Part shown: piece after piece, positions 50,867-60,864 of the stretch
How the letters are laid out: the number at the start of each line of letters is the position of its first letter
Numbering within the stretch: the stretch's first letter is position 1
Origin: Laspinema olomoucense D3d
GTDB lineage: Bacteria; Cyanobacteriota; Cyanobacteriia; Cyanobacteriales; Laspinemataceae
Length of the DNA stretch: 64,000 nucleotides
NCBI RefSeq assembly: GCF_025370715.1
Contig: NZ_JAMXEY010000002.1
Reading direction: 5' to 3' (one strand)
Notes under the pieces: model-generated
Database searches by the model: none
What the model saw: only the letters and a program-made list of their open reading frames with translations
What the model was told of the DNA's origin: nothing
Made by a program: the position numbers and the translations under genes

Positions 50867-53329
50867 ATGCTTGAAAGTACCGCCTTTTCTGTACATTTAG
50901 CCATTGACCGCCATCCGTTAACCGTCACGCCAGATACTCCAGTTAGCGAGGCGATCGTGCTGATGAGCCAGATAAAATCGAGCTGCGCGATCGTGGTCGA
51001 AGCCGATAAAATATTGGGTATATTTACGGAACGGGATGTGGTGAAATTGACGGCACAGAGTGGCGATCGCGAAATAGAGCCATTCACCCAAGCGTTTAGT
51101 CAACAACCGATTTCTGCATTAATGACCCCTAGGCCGTTTATCCTACAAGAGGCCCATCTTCCGAATCTCGTCAACCTCCTGGATTTGTTGCGGCAGAAAC
51201 AGATTCGCCATTTGCCCATCGTGGATCCTGATGAGAAATTACTCGGGACGATTACTTACCAAAGCATTCGGGAAATTATCCAACCCGCCGATTGGATGCG
51301 CTTGAGGCGAGTCGTTGAAGTGATGAACCCCAAAGTTATTACAGCATCCCCCTCGGCATCGGTGTTTGAATTAGCCACCTTAATGAACATCCATCGGGTC
51401 AGTTGCGTGGCGATCGCCCAGAATCGCCCCAGGGACGACGCAAAGCGAACCTCAGAACTACCGCCCCTACCTATCCCCATCGGAATCGTCACAGAACGGG
51501 ATATCCTCCAGCTACAGGCATTAGAACTCAATCTGAGAAAACTGACTGCTGCCGATGTCATGAGTTCGCCCCTGTTGCTGGTGCAACCGACAGATTGTCT
51601 ATGGACTGCTCATCGGTTAATGCGCGAGTATCGAGTCCGACGATTGATCGTTGCCGATGAGGGGGATGCGTTACAGGGAATCATCACCCAAACCAGTTTA
51701 CTGCAAGGATGTACACCGATTGAGATAGATGCAGCGATCGCCGCCTTGCAGGGGTTAGTCGAAGAACGCACAACCGAACTGCAACAGGCGAATGAGCAAT
51801 TACGACGGGAAATTTTAGAACGCCAACATACAGAAGCGGCCCTGCGCCTGTCTCAAGCGCGTTTGGCAGGGGTTCTTGATAGTGCCGACGATGCGATTAT
51901 TTCCATTGATGAAACTCACCGGATTCAACTGTTTAACCAAGGGGCCGAGAAAATCTTTGGTTATAGTGCAGCAGAGGTGATGGGACAACCCCTAGATCTG
52001 CTGTTACCGGAAAATCTGCGTCAGAAGCATCGCCAGTATATTGAAAATTTCCGCTACACCCCGGAAGTATCCCGGACAATGGGGACGCGATCGCACGTCT
52101 TCGGACGCCGCAAAGATGGCAGCCAATTTCCCGCAGAAGCCTCTATTTCCAAATTAGAAGTAGGTTCCGAACGACTGTTTACCGTCATTTTACGGGATAT
52201 TACCACCCGAGTTGAGGCCCAAGAAGCCTTGCAATTGCAACTAGAACGGGAACGAGTCATGTCTGCCATGCGCGATCGCATTCGTTCTTCTCTCAATCTG
52301 CAAGAAATTCTCAACACCACCGTTGCCGAAGTGCGACAATTTTTAAATACCGATCGCGTGATTATTTATCGCTTTTACCCAGATTGGAGTGGCAAAATTG
52401 TCGTAGAATCCTGTAGCAATGGAGCCCGAGAAATTCTCAACCTCACCATACTCGACCCTTGCTTTGGGGAAACTCATGCCCAACTCTATAAAAAAGGGCG
52501 GCTGAAAGCAACTGCGGATATTTATACCGAACCCATCAGTCCCTGTCATCGGAATTTACTCACCCAGTTTCAAGTTAAAGCCAATTTAGTCGTCCCCATT
52601 TTATTAAATGAAGATCTTCAAGCCCACTCTGAGGAGGACTGGGTAGAAAATTCCTCCGGGAATAACAACCAACTCTGGGGATTGCTGATTGCTCATCACT
52701 GCCAAGGTCCAAGGCAGTGGCAGAATTGGGAAACGGAGTTTCTTCAACAATTAGCCACCCAGGTGGCGATCGCCATCCAACAATCCACCCTCTTTGAACA
52801 ATTGCAAGCCGCTAATCAAGAATTACACCGCCTTGCCTCTCTCGATGGCTTAACTCAAGTCGCCAACCGCCGTTGTTTTGATGAATTTTTCAATCACGAG
52901 TGGCGACGAGAGGCACAAGATCCCCTCTCCCTCATTTTGTGCGATATCGACTACTTCAAACCCTATAACGATACCTACGGACATCAAGCCGGTGATGAGT
53001 GCCTCCAACGAGTGGCAGCAGCCCTGCGTGAATGTATCAACCCCAAAATCGAACTAATCGCCCGATATGGCGGAGAGGAATTTGCTGCTGTTTTGCCCAA
53101 TACGGACCTTAAAAACGCCTTAGAACTCGCCGAACGAATTCGGACTCAAGTCGCTGCCTTACAGATTCCCCATACTAAATCCCCAGTGAGTCCTTACATC
53201 ACCATGAGTGTAGGAGTTGCCACCCTAATTCCCACTCCTGAAACCACTCCCGCTCAACTGATTGCCAATGCCGACGAAGCCCTCTATGTGGCAAAAGCTG
53301 GAGGGCGCAATCGAGTCGTTTGTGCTTAA
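50867..53329 (+). CDS. Diguanylate cyclase with CBS, PAS, GAF and GGDEF domains
   Basis: Four CBS-like units in the first 290 aa. PAS: AGVLDSADDAIISIDETHRIQLFNQGAEKIFGYSAAEVMGQ. GAF: IYRFYPDWSGKIVVES...LLIAHHCQ. GGDEF: LDGLTQVANRR...RYGGEEFAAVLPNT (A-site GGEEF; I-site RxxD present in CDIDYFK context). Confidence 0.9.
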   Translation: MLESTAFSVHLAIDRHPLTVTPDTPVSEAIVLMSQIKSSCAIVVEADKILGIFTERDVVKLTAQSGDREIEPFTQAFSQQPISALMTPRPFILQEAHLPNLVNLLDLLRQKQIRHLPIVDPDEKLLGTITYQSIREIIQPADWMRLRRVVEVMNPKVITASPSASVFELATLMNIHRVSCVAIAQNRPRDDAKRTSELPPLPIPIGIVTERDILQLQALELNLRKLTAADVMSSPLLLVQPTDCLWTAHRLMREYRVRRLIVADEGDALQGIITQTSLLQGCTPIEIDAAIAALQGLVEERTTELQQANEQLRREILERQHTEAALRLSQARLAGVLDSADDAIISIDETHRIQLFNQGAEKIFGYSAAEVMGQPLDLLLPENLRQKHRQYIENFRYTPEVSRTMGTRSHVFGRRKDGSQFPAEASISKLEVGSERLFTVILRDITTRVEAQEALQLQLERERVMSAMRDRIRSSLNLQEILNTTVAEVRQFLNTDRVIIYRFYPDWSGKIVVESCSNGAREILNLTILDPCFGETHAQLYKKGRLKATADIYTEPISPCHRNLLTQFQVKANLVVPILLNEDLQAHSEEDWVENSSGNNNQLWGLLIAHHCQGPRQWQNWETEFLQQLATQVAIAIQQSTLFEQLQAANQELHRLASLDGLTQVANRRCFDEFFNHEWRREAQDPLSLILCDIDYFKPYNDTYGHQAGDECLQRVAAALRECINPKIELIARYGGEEFAAVLPNTDLKNALELAERIRTQVAALQIPHTKSPVSPYITMSVGVATLIPTPETTPAQLIANADEALYVAKAGGRNRVVCA

Positions 53330-53716
53330 TCAGGGATGTTCTTGCTCAAATCGCACCCCCCACTCGTGCATCGTATCTAAAATCGGTTTGAGAGTCATCC
53401 CAAATTCTGTTAAAGAATACTCCACTTTCGGCGGAACCTGAGCATAAACCATCCGGTTAATCATCCCATCCCGTTCTAGTTCCCGCAATTGCTGAGTCAG
53501 CATTTTTTGAGTAATTCCATCTAACGCCCGATGCAGTTCTCCAAATCGTTTTACCCCCGAAAATAGCTCTTGCAAAATCAAGACTTTCCATCGTCCCCCA
53601 ATAATCGCTAAAGTGGTTTCCACCGGACATCCCACTTGTTTTTTGCCTTCCGCTTTTGCTTCCATTGTTACTTTTTGGGTACTAACCCACTTAAAAGTGC
53701 ATACTTTACAAATCAA
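53330..53716 (-). CDS. HxlR-family winged-helix transcriptional regulator. The likely true start is the internal Met (MEAKAEG)
   Basis: CPVETTLAIIGGRWKVLILQELFSG...RFGEL...GITQKMLTQQLRELERDGMI matches the HxlR signature. Confidence 0.85.
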   Translation of the reverse strand: MICKVCTFKWVSTQKVTMEAKAEGKKQVGCPVETTLAIIGGRWKVLILQELFSGVKRFGELHRALDGITQKMLTQQLRELERDGMINRMVYAQVPPKVEYSLTEFGMTLKPILDTMHEWGVRFEQEHP

Positions 53717-53782
53717 CTTTACCCATTCTAAAGTAAGTAATAACTAAAGCATCTAAATTCCATAAAACCTGTCGCGATCGCA

Positions 53783-54493
53783 TTGGAGGAACCCATGTTA
53801 ACCCTACGCAAAGCAGAAGAACGGGGACAAGGCAATTATGGCTGGCTCAAAACCAACTATAGCTTTTCCTTTGCCAACTATTACGACCCTCAGTACATGG
53901 GATTTCGTGCGCTGCGGGTGATTAACCAGGACTGGGTGAGTGGCGGAGGTGGCTTTCCCACCCATTCTCACCGGGATATGGAAATCGTCACCTATATACT
54001 AGAAGGGGCGTTAGAACATAAAGATAGCATGGGAAACACTTCCGTTATTCTTCCCGGGGAAGTTCAACGGATGAGTGCGGGAACCGGAGTCGCACATAGT
54101 GAGTTCAATCATTCCCGAACCGAATCCGTGCATCTGCTGCAAATTTGGATGTTACCGGGCCAACAAGGACGAGTCCCCTCCTATGAACAAAAACACTATT
54201 CCGAGGCAGAAAAACGCGGCCAATTGCGGTTAATCGGGTCCTCAGATGGTCGGGAGGGTTCCGTCACCATTCATCAGGATTTGAACCTGTATGCCACCAT
54301 CCTGCACAAAGGCGATCGCGTGGTGTATGACATTCCCCCCAACCGTCATGCTTGGGTACAAGTCGCCCGGGGTACGCTGACCCTCAATGACCTCCCCTTG
54401 AAAACTGGGGATGGAGTCGCCTGTTCCGCGCCAGAAACCCTTACCCTAGTAGGGTCTGAAGAAGCAGAAGTGCTATTGTTTGACTTGGCTTAA
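53783..54493 (+). CDS. Pirin-family cupin protein
   Basis: RKAEERGQGNYGWLKTNYSFSFANYY, GFPTHSHRDMEIVTYILEG and two cupin halves. Confidence 0.9.
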   Translation: MEEPMLTLRKAEERGQGNYGWLKTNYSFSFANYYDPQYMGFRALRVINQDWVSGGGGFPTHSHRDMEIVTYILEGALEHKDSMGNTSVILPGEVQRMSAGTGVAHSEFNHSRTESVHLLQIWMLPGQQGRVPSYEQKHYSEAEKRGQLRLIGSSDGREGSVTIHQDLNLYATILHKGDRVVYDIPPNRHAWVQVARGTLTLNDLPLKTGDGVACSAPETLTLVGSEEAEVLLFDLA

Positions 54494-54574
54494 GCGCCTC
54501 TGTGAGAGACTGGAGGCAGAGCCTCATGGAGAGCGTGACTGGGTAGAACCCAGTCACGAGGAAAGGGGGTTTTA

Positions 54575-54655
54575 GCCTGCGTAGGCAGGCTTTGTCCGTA
54601 TAGCCCCAGGCTTGAGCCTGGGGGTTTTTACTATCAGTACCGGATTTGGTATTAA
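54575..54655 (+). repeat. MITE-like element, copy C (5'-truncated; core plus right TIR)
   Basis: TAGCCTGCGTAGGCAGGCTTTGTCCGTATAGCCCCAGGCTTGAGCCTGGGGGTTTTTAC...ACCGGATTTGGTAT. Confidence 0.6.
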
Positions 54656-57600
54656 ACCCCCGGTTCAGGACCGCGCCAGTCCACCCCAGAAGGAGATGGC
54701 ACATTGTCCAAATCGGGAGACTCCTGGAACACCGTTTCCAGTTGATCCGGACTTAAAGGCGGACGTCGGCCCCCGAAGATGTCATGAAGCAAGGTATAAA
54801 AACAGGGAATAATAAACAACGTTAGAACCGTCGCTAAGGATAACCCAGAGAACACCACCACCCCCAAGGGTTGTAAAAATTCCCCCCCTTCCCCCATGCC
54901 TAACGCCAGAGGCAACATTCCCAACACCGTGGTGATGGTTGTCATCAAAATCGGTCGCAAGCGTTGGGGGGCTGCTTTCAAGATAGCTTGCCGTCGGTTA
55001 ATTCCTTCTTCTTTATATATTTGGTTTGCAAACTCTACCATAAGAATGGCATTATTTACCACAATCCCCACTAACAGAATCGCCCCGACTAATACCGTTG
55101 CCCCCACCGGAGTTTCGGTGACATAAAGTCCGACAATTCCCCCCGCTAATGCTAAAGGAACCGTTAGCATAATAACTAATGGATCAATGAGGGAATTGTA
55201 CTGGACCGCCATCACCACAAAGACTAGAAAGGAGGCTAATCCTCCTAACAGCTTGAGAGAGTCTTGTAACTCTTGATTGGTTTGCGCCGAAGAAGAAGGA
55301 ACCACACTCACCCCTGGAGGAAAATCGATGCCTGCTAGGACTTCAGCAATCTCGGCATTTGCCTCTCCCAGGGTTGCACCTTCGGTCAAAGAACCGCCAA
55401 TAATAAACACCTGACGCTGATTAATCCGTTGAATTTCTCCCGGTGCCTGTCCGCGTTCTACCGTGGCGATATCCTGCAAGCGAATTGACCGATTATTGCC
55501 CACTAACAGGGGTAATTGTTCTAACTGAGAGACCCGTTGGACCATATTATCGGGTAAGGTAACGCGAATATCAACCAGGCGATCGCCCCGTTGGAGTTGA
55601 GTGGGAACTGCCCCTTGAATTGCCGTTTGAATCGCTGCCCCAATGTCATTTACCGACAACCCATATTCGGAGGCCCGCACCCAATCTGGACGAATTTGTA
55701 ATTCAGTTTGTTGAGAGTCCGCATCGGGACGAAAACTTGCTAAAGTAGCTTGTTCATCTAATGCCGCTAAAACTTCTTTCCCCGCTTGTTCCAAAGCCTG
55801 AACATCCGTACCTTGTAACGTAACATCCAACTCAGCACGAACTGGGGAATTTGTCAGAATAATCCCCCGGACACTTTCGGGACTCATTCGCAGGCGAGCA
55901 TCCACCAGATTCAGCTTTTCAAATTCCGCACTGGCGCGGGTAATAAAAGCGTCAATATCTGTACCCGGTTTCAAGGTAACGGTACTGGAACCCCGCAGAG
56001 GATTCGGGGAGACACTGGTACCAAAAAGAAAGCCCCCAGCGGTGGTAAAGGCATTTAGAGTTTCCGGTTGAGCCAGTAAAATCTCATCAACCTTTGCCAT
56101 AATTTTCAGGTTTTGAGCCAATGTCGTATTCGGAGGGAACTGGGCAAATAAGCGAGCTTGGCCCGTATTAATCTCCGGTAAAATTTCCTGGGGAAGTCCT
56201 CCAGCTAACCAAAAACTCCCGCTTCCTAAAACGATGATAGCCAGGGCAATCACTATCACTCGCAGCCGTAAAACCCATTTTAAAATCCATTGATAAAGGC
56301 GAGTAAATCCATTAAATCCGGCATTAAATGCCCGGAGTAGAAAAAATTGACTTAATCCGCTGGTATAGGGAATGGCTAATAAGCGCGAGGTCAACATCGG
56401 AACCACGGTTAAGGCAACCAGTAAGGAGGAGGCAACAGCAAAACTAATGGTTAAAATGAGTTCGCTAAATAAGAGCGAAAATAGGCCACCAATGAGTAAG
56501 AAGGGTAAGACGGAGACGAGGTTAGTGGTGGTTGAGGCGAGTAAGGCAGACTCGATAGACCGACTGCTGGCTTCCGCTTGGGCGATCGCCTTGGAGGAGG
56601 TCAGCCGTTGATTTTGCTGAGTTTTCCCCGGTGTCATCCCCACCCCTTCGGCGATGGTTTCCAACATGACGATCGCATTGTCTACCACAATCCCCACCCC
56701 CAGGGCCAATCCCCCTAAACTAAACACGTTCAGGGAGAGACCAAACATTTGCATTAAGGCAATGGAACTCAGGGTCGCCAAGGGAATGGATAAGACAATA
56801 ATCACCGTTTGGCGAATCGAACCTAAAAACAGTAACACCGCCAGGGCCGCGAGTCCCGCGCCGGTCAACCCGGAAACCACCACATTAGAAATGGAATTTC
56901 TAATAAAAACCGACTCATCTAAAGTGGGATAAATATCCATATCGGGGGGAATTACCCCGGACTGCCGCAACTGTTCTAGTCGCTGTTTGACCCCCTCTAC
57001 TGCCGTAATCGTATTGGCATCCGGTTGTTTTTGAATGCTCACTTTGATGGCGGGTTCGCCATTCAAGGTGACCCGCACCAGCCGTTCGGCAGTACCATCG
57101 ATGATATCCGCAAAGTCCCGGAGATAGACGCGGCCTTGATTGGGAATTTCAAACGAAAGATTAGCAATTTCCTCAACGGATTCAAATCGGCCCCGGGCGC
57201 GAGTCAGGGGTTCTTCACTCCCGCCGGATAACCGACCCCCAGCCACATCAATATTGCGATCGCGCAACTCATTTAAAACCTGCGTTAACCCCAGTCCATA
57301 CGATTGCAATCGCACTGGGTCAATGCGAACCTGAATCTCTTCGGTGATTCCCCCAGAAACATCCACCGCTGCCACACCGGGCACCACCCCTAATTCTCGG
57401 GCTAACTCCTCATCGGCAAAGACCCGCAAATCCACATCTTGTAGGGACGCCGACTGTAACGCAAACTCATAAACCGGAGACTGAGAGGGGTCTACCTTAA
57501 ATAATCGGGGGGAGTCCACCACCTCCGGGAGACGTCCTTGGGCGCGGTTAAAGGCAGCAGTGGCCTCATTCAAGGCGAGATCCACATTTCCTCCGGGTTC

Positions 57601-57894
57601 AAAGAATAAATCGACACTGACTCGACCTTCCCGGGTTTGGGAATAAACCTGCACCACCCCTTCGGTGGTACTCAGGGCCTCTTCTAAGGGTTTAGTAATT
57701 TCTTCGATCGCCACTTCAGGGGAGATTCCCGGCGCATCCAGGCGCAGTCCAATCCGAGGATAGGTAATGGCGGGAAGCAGATCCACTTGAATCGAAGTGA
57801 GAAAGAATACCCCCAGGACGATCGCCGTGGTGGTAAGGGCTAAGGTGCCAATATGCTGGCGAATTGCGGTTGCACTGATGCTGAATCCATTCAT
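54652..57894 (-). CDS. RND-superfamily efflux transporter (AcrB/HAE1-like, 12 TM)
   Basis: 1080 aa with two large periplasmic loops. Conserved RND blocks: GLALGVGIVVDNAIVMLE and GAILLVGIVVNNAILMVEF. Confidence 0.9.
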   Translation of the reverse strand: MNGFSISATAIRQHIGTLALTTTAIVLGVFFLTSIQVDLLPAITYPRIGLRLDAPGISPEVAIEEITKPLEEALSTTEGVVQVYSQTREGRVSVDLFFEPGGNVDLALNEATAAFNRAQGRLPEVVDSPRLFKVDPSQSPVYEFALQSASLQDVDLRVFADEELARELGVVPGVAAVDVSGGITEEIQVRIDPVRLQSYGLGLTQVLNELRDRNIDVAGGRLSGGSEEPLTRARGRFESVEEIANLSFEIPNQGRVYLRDFADIIDGTAERLVRVTLNGEPAIKVSIQKQPDANTITAVEGVKQRLEQLRQSGVIPPDMDIYPTLDESVFIRNSISNVVVSGLTGAGLAALAVLLFLGSIRQTVIIVLSIPLATLSSIALMQMFGLSLNVFSLGGLALGVGIVVDNAIVMLETIAEGVGMTPGKTQQNQRLTSSKAIAQAEASSRSIESALLASTTTNLVSVLPFLLIGGLFSLLFSELILTISFAVASSLLVALTVVPMLTSRLLAIPYTSGLSQFFLLRAFNAGFNGFTRLYQWILKWVLRLRVIVIALAIIVLGSGSFWLAGGLPQEILPEINTGQARLFAQFPPNTTLAQNLKIMAKVDEILLAQPETLNAFTTAGGFLFGTSVSPNPLRGSSTVTLKPGTDIDAFITRASAEFEKLNLVDARLRMSPESVRGIILTNSPVRAELDVTLQGTDVQALEQAGKEVLAALDEQATLASFRPDADSQQTELQIRPDWVRASEYGLSVNDIGAAIQTAIQGAVPTQLQRGDRLVDIRVTLPDNMVQRVSQLEQLPLLVGNNRSIRLQDIATVERGQAPGEIQRINQRQVFIIGGSLTEGATLGEANAEIAEVLAGIDFPPGVSVVPSSSAQTNQELQDSLKLLGGLASFLVFVVMAVQYNSLIDPLVIMLTVPLALAGGIVGLYVTETPVGATVLVGAILLVGIVVNNAILMVEFANQIYKEEGINRRQAILKAAPQRLRPILMTTITTVLGMLPLALGMGEGGEFLQPLGVVVFSGLSLATVLTLFIIPCFYTLLHDIFGGRRPPLSPDQLETVFQESPDLDNVPSPSGVDWRGPEPGV

Positions 57895-58007
57895 ATATTG
57901 CGGGTTCTAACGGTGGACATTTAGCCCCTGGGGGAGGGATTCACGGACAATTGATGATTTAAAAGTAGGATGAATCCTGATGGCAGCAAATTCCAGGCGA
58001 TCGCCTC

Positions 58008-58107
58008 ATACCAAATCCGGCTGGTAAAAGTCTATATTTCTAGGTGAGCCTGCGTAGGCAGGCTTTGTTCGTATAGACCCACCCTTGAGGGTGTGGATTT
58101 TTATAGA
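58008..58107 (+). repeat. MITE-like element, copy D (left TIR plus core; right end degenerate)
   Basis: ATACCAAATCCGGCTGGTAAAAGTC...GAGCCTGCGTAGGCAGGCTTTGTTCGTATAGACCCACCCTTGAGGGTGTGGATTTTTATAGAC. Confidence 0.65.
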
Positions 58108-58166
58108 CCAGGAGCAACCAAATTCCGCCTCAATTCCCCAGCATTATGAGGAAACCAAAGCCCCAA

Positions 58167-59423
58167 TTATGATTCTGACAAGGCACTCAAGCGCACCTCA
58201 TCCCCGCTGGACAGGGGCCGACTGCTGCGGGTCACATAACGTTCGCCCGGTCCAAGTCCCGAGAGAATTTCCACTTGATTATTCAGGCGTTCCCCAATTT
58301 GGACCGTTCGTGCTTCCACTGTGGGGGTCCCCTCTCCCTCCTGAAGCACAAACACGGTGTTTTTATCTTCCCCTTGTAAAGCGTTTTCTGGGATAACAAC
58401 TCGTTCCGTAGTTTGGGTGTCAAAGGTCACCCTGGCAAGCAACCCACTCCCAATCCGACCATCGGGGTTAGGAATCGTTACCTCTACCGGAATTTGGCGC
58501 GTTTCCACATTCGAGACAGGAGAAATGCGGCTAACTCGACCTTCAAGCACTTCCCCGCCCAAGGCATCTAAACTAACGGTAACGGCTTGTCCTACGCGAA
58601 TCTCAGCTAAGGCCAGTTCCGCCACGGGAACGATCGCCTTAACCTGACTAAAATCGCCAAGTTTTAAAACATCCCCCCCCGGTTGCACTAGATTTCCCGG
58701 TTCCGTCAGGCGATCGAGCACAACGCCGGTAATCGGGGACCGGATAAAGGCATAAGACCGACGTTCCCGGGCTTGGGCCACTACCGACCGTTGGGCCTTC
58801 ACCAGTTGTTCAGCGCTACGCACCGATTCTTGTTCAATCAGAATCTGTTCTCGGGCCGATCGCACGGTTTGCGCTGCCACTTCGGCTGCGGTTTGGGCGA
58901 GTTCTCCCTGTTGACGAGAAACGGCCCCTTCAGCGGCTAAATTGAGGAACCGTTCTGCATCTTTTTGAGCTTGTTGGAGTTCCACCAGGGCTTGATCTAC
59001 CTGAATTTGGGCATTTCTGACCTCATTGCGGGCGCGGACCACATCGGATTCCCGGGCGGCTAATTCGGCTTCGGCTTCTCCAAGGGAGATTTCTAGGAGA
59101 GTGCCATCGAGTTGGGCGAGGATTTCTCCTTCCTCAACGCGATCGCCTAGGTCTACGGTCATATCCAGTAAGCGTCCTTCGGTTTGGGCGCGCACAGAAA
59201 CCTCTCGAAAGGGTTCTGTATTGCCGCTATAAACTAGAGGTTCGCCTAAGGTCTCTGTGCGGGCGACTGCCACCTCGACGCTGGGGGTACTGGGTCCCCG
59301 TTGTCGTTCTCTGGACCCACCCGGGGTGGCGGGTTGACCTTCCGCCTCTCGGTTAAAAATACTGGGACACCCGAATAATCCCACCGCGATCGCCATGCAG
59401 AAGAACAACCGCCCGGTTTTCAT
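58167..59423 (-). CDS. RND efflux periplasmic adaptor (membrane fusion protein, HlyD family). Likely start ATG at 59423 (lipoprotein-like MKTGRLFFCMAIAVGLFGC); the ORF track extends to 59522
   Basis: Lipobox LFGC, coiled-coil hairpin (ARESDVVRARNEVRNAQIQVDQALVELQQAQKDAER), beta-barrel and MP domains. Immediately upstream of the RND pump on the same strand. Confidence 0.85.
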   Translation of the reverse strand: MKTGRLFFCMAIAVGLFGCPSIFNREAEGQPATPGGSRERQRGPSTPSVEVAVARTETLGEPLVYSGNTEPFREVSVRAQTEGRLLDMTVDLGDRVEEGEILAQLDGTLLEISLGEAEAELAARESDVVRARNEVRNAQIQVDQALVELQQAQKDAERFLNLAAEGAVSRQQGELAQTAAEVAAQTVRSAREQILIEQESVRSAEQLVKAQRSVVAQARERRSYAFIRSPITGVVLDRLTEPGNLVQPGGDVLKLGDFSQVKAIVPVAELALAEIRVGQAVTVSLDALGGEVLEGRVSRISPVSNVETRQIPVEVTIPNPDGRIGSGLLARVTFDTQTTERVVIPENALQGEDKNTVFVLQEGEGTPTVEARTVQIGERLNNQVEILSGLGPGERYVTRSSRPLSSGDEVRLSALSES

Positions 59424-59825
59424 GGAGTTCCCCAGCGATCGGCATCGGGGGTCATGGGGAATTGGACTATCCCGCTGCTGCTGGGACCCTTGACGAATGG
59501 AGGGGGGAGATTGAGACAGCATAATGAGCGCTTAGCAGACCGTAATTGTTTAAGCAGAAGTTAATTCCACTATTTTAAGGATTAAGGAGATGGATAAAAA
59601 TCTACTCTTTCGACAAGGATGACGGACTCCTTATAGTTTTGACAAGGTTCAGCGAAAAACGGTTCAATCTCCCCACCTTATATGTTGCTACACTATAGAG
59701 GAGGACTCCCAATTTAACGAGAATCCGTTATAGTCTGAGCCGGGGGGCAGCTCCATGTCATCCGACTGAAGGCTTAAAATAAATCAATTTACCGTTGTAG
59801 TACCGCTTTATCTTACATAACCACT

Positions 59826-60641
59826 ATGTTGCAGACACCGCTTTGCAGAATGATCGGGGTGACTTATCTGGTGTCGTTTTTAATCTTAGGGGCTTCTCAA
59901 TTGGCCACCCCAGCGATCGCCACCGAATCGCGTGGATGGATTTTCCCCCAAAGGGTTACTCAAAGTCCCCCAGAGGCAGAAATGAATAGCTGTAACCCCG
60001 AGGCGATCGCAACGGATACCTCATTCAGGGCATTACTACCCCCCAATCAGAATCAGATTTCAACCCTAAAAGGACTTCCCTCTTTCTTCTTTTACCTCCC
60101 CGAAACTTCGGCTCAAAATGCTGAATTTATCTTATCAAATGAGAGTGATCTCGTCCTTTATAAGCTGCGATTTGCCCTAAGCGGAAATCCCGGGATAATT
60201 CGCCTACAACTCCCCCTTTTTATCAACCTAGAACCCCTGGAAATTCAAAAAATCTATAGCTGGTCATTTTCAATTATTTGTAATCCGGCCTTTGTGTCCC
60301 AGAATTTAACCCTGAGTGGAACAGTTCAGCGCCTCCCCCTCTCCGGTAATCTGGCAACTCAGTTACAAACTGCCTTCCCCAGCAGTCATCCTCAAATTTA
60401 TGCGGAAGCGGGACTATGGATGGATGCCTTCAGCAGCTTAGCCGACCTGAGTCAACTCCCTCTTGATGATCCATCTAATCAAGAAGAATGGGAAACCCTA
60501 TTGCAATTGATGGGATTAGAAGCCTTGGACGCCTTGGAATCGGGGGGGAGACCGCCAATCGAGATAGGGGAGACCGCCAATCGAGACCGCCAATCGAGAC
60601 CGCCAATCGAGACCGCCAATCGAGACCGCCAAGCGAGATAG
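59826..60641 (+). CDS. Secreted hypothetical protein (possibly DUF928-like) whose 3' end is built from a 13-bp tandem DNA repeat
   Basis: Signal peptide MIGVTYLVSFLILGASQLATPAIA. C-terminus reads RPPIEIGETANRDRQSRPPIETANRDRQAR, encoded by a GACCGCCAATCGA array. Confidence 0.55.
   Translation: MLQTPLCRMIGVTYLVSFLILGASQLATPAIATESRGWIFPQRVTQSPPEAEMNSCNPEAIATDTSFRALLPPNQNQISTLKGLPSFFFYLPETSAQNAEFILSNESDLVLYKLRFALSGNPGIIRLQLPLFINLEPLEIQKIYSWSFSIICNPAFVSQNLTLSGTVQRLPLSGNLATQLQTAFPSSHPQIYAEAGLWMDAFSSLADLSQLPLDDPSNQEEWETLLQLMGLEALDALESGGRPPIEIGETANRDRQSRPPIETANRDRQAR
60572..60636 (+). repeat. 13-bp tandem repeat (GACCGCCAATCGA, about 5 units) inside the 3' end of the CDS
   Basis: Direct reading: gaccgccaatcga repeated five times, the last with a G substitution. 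The unit length is not a multiple of 3, so three units encode one 13-aa peptide repeat. Confidence 0.8.
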
Positions 60642-60749
60642 GGGAGATAGATAGCAATCCTAAATGATTTGTACCTCATCCCAGTCCCCTCTCCCCTTCT
60701 GGGCCGCCAACGAGAAAGGGGCCGCCGACGTCTTCCACAACGGCACGTC

Positions 60750-60852
60750 ATACCAAATCCGGTTGGTAAAAGTCGGTTTTCGCTTTTAGCCCGCGCAGGA
60801 GAGGCTCGGTCCTGTGAGGCTCCACCCTTGAGGGTATGGGTTTTTATAGACC
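60750..60852 (+). repeat. MITE-like element, copy E (left TIR plus core)
   Basis: ATACCAAATCCGGTTGGTAAAAGTCGG...AGCCCGCGCAGGAGAGGCTCGGTCCTGTGAGGCTCCACCCTTGAGGGTATGGGTTTTTATAGAC. Confidence 0.65.
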
Positions 60853-60864
60853 TTTAACAACCGA

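Noticed and set aside
60475-60751. Two minus-strand ORFs (60 and 90 aa) rich in RL/SR repeats
   Set aside because: They are artefacts of translating the reverse strand of the 13-bp tandem repeat and the MITE copy. Their periodic composition mirrors the DNA repeat.
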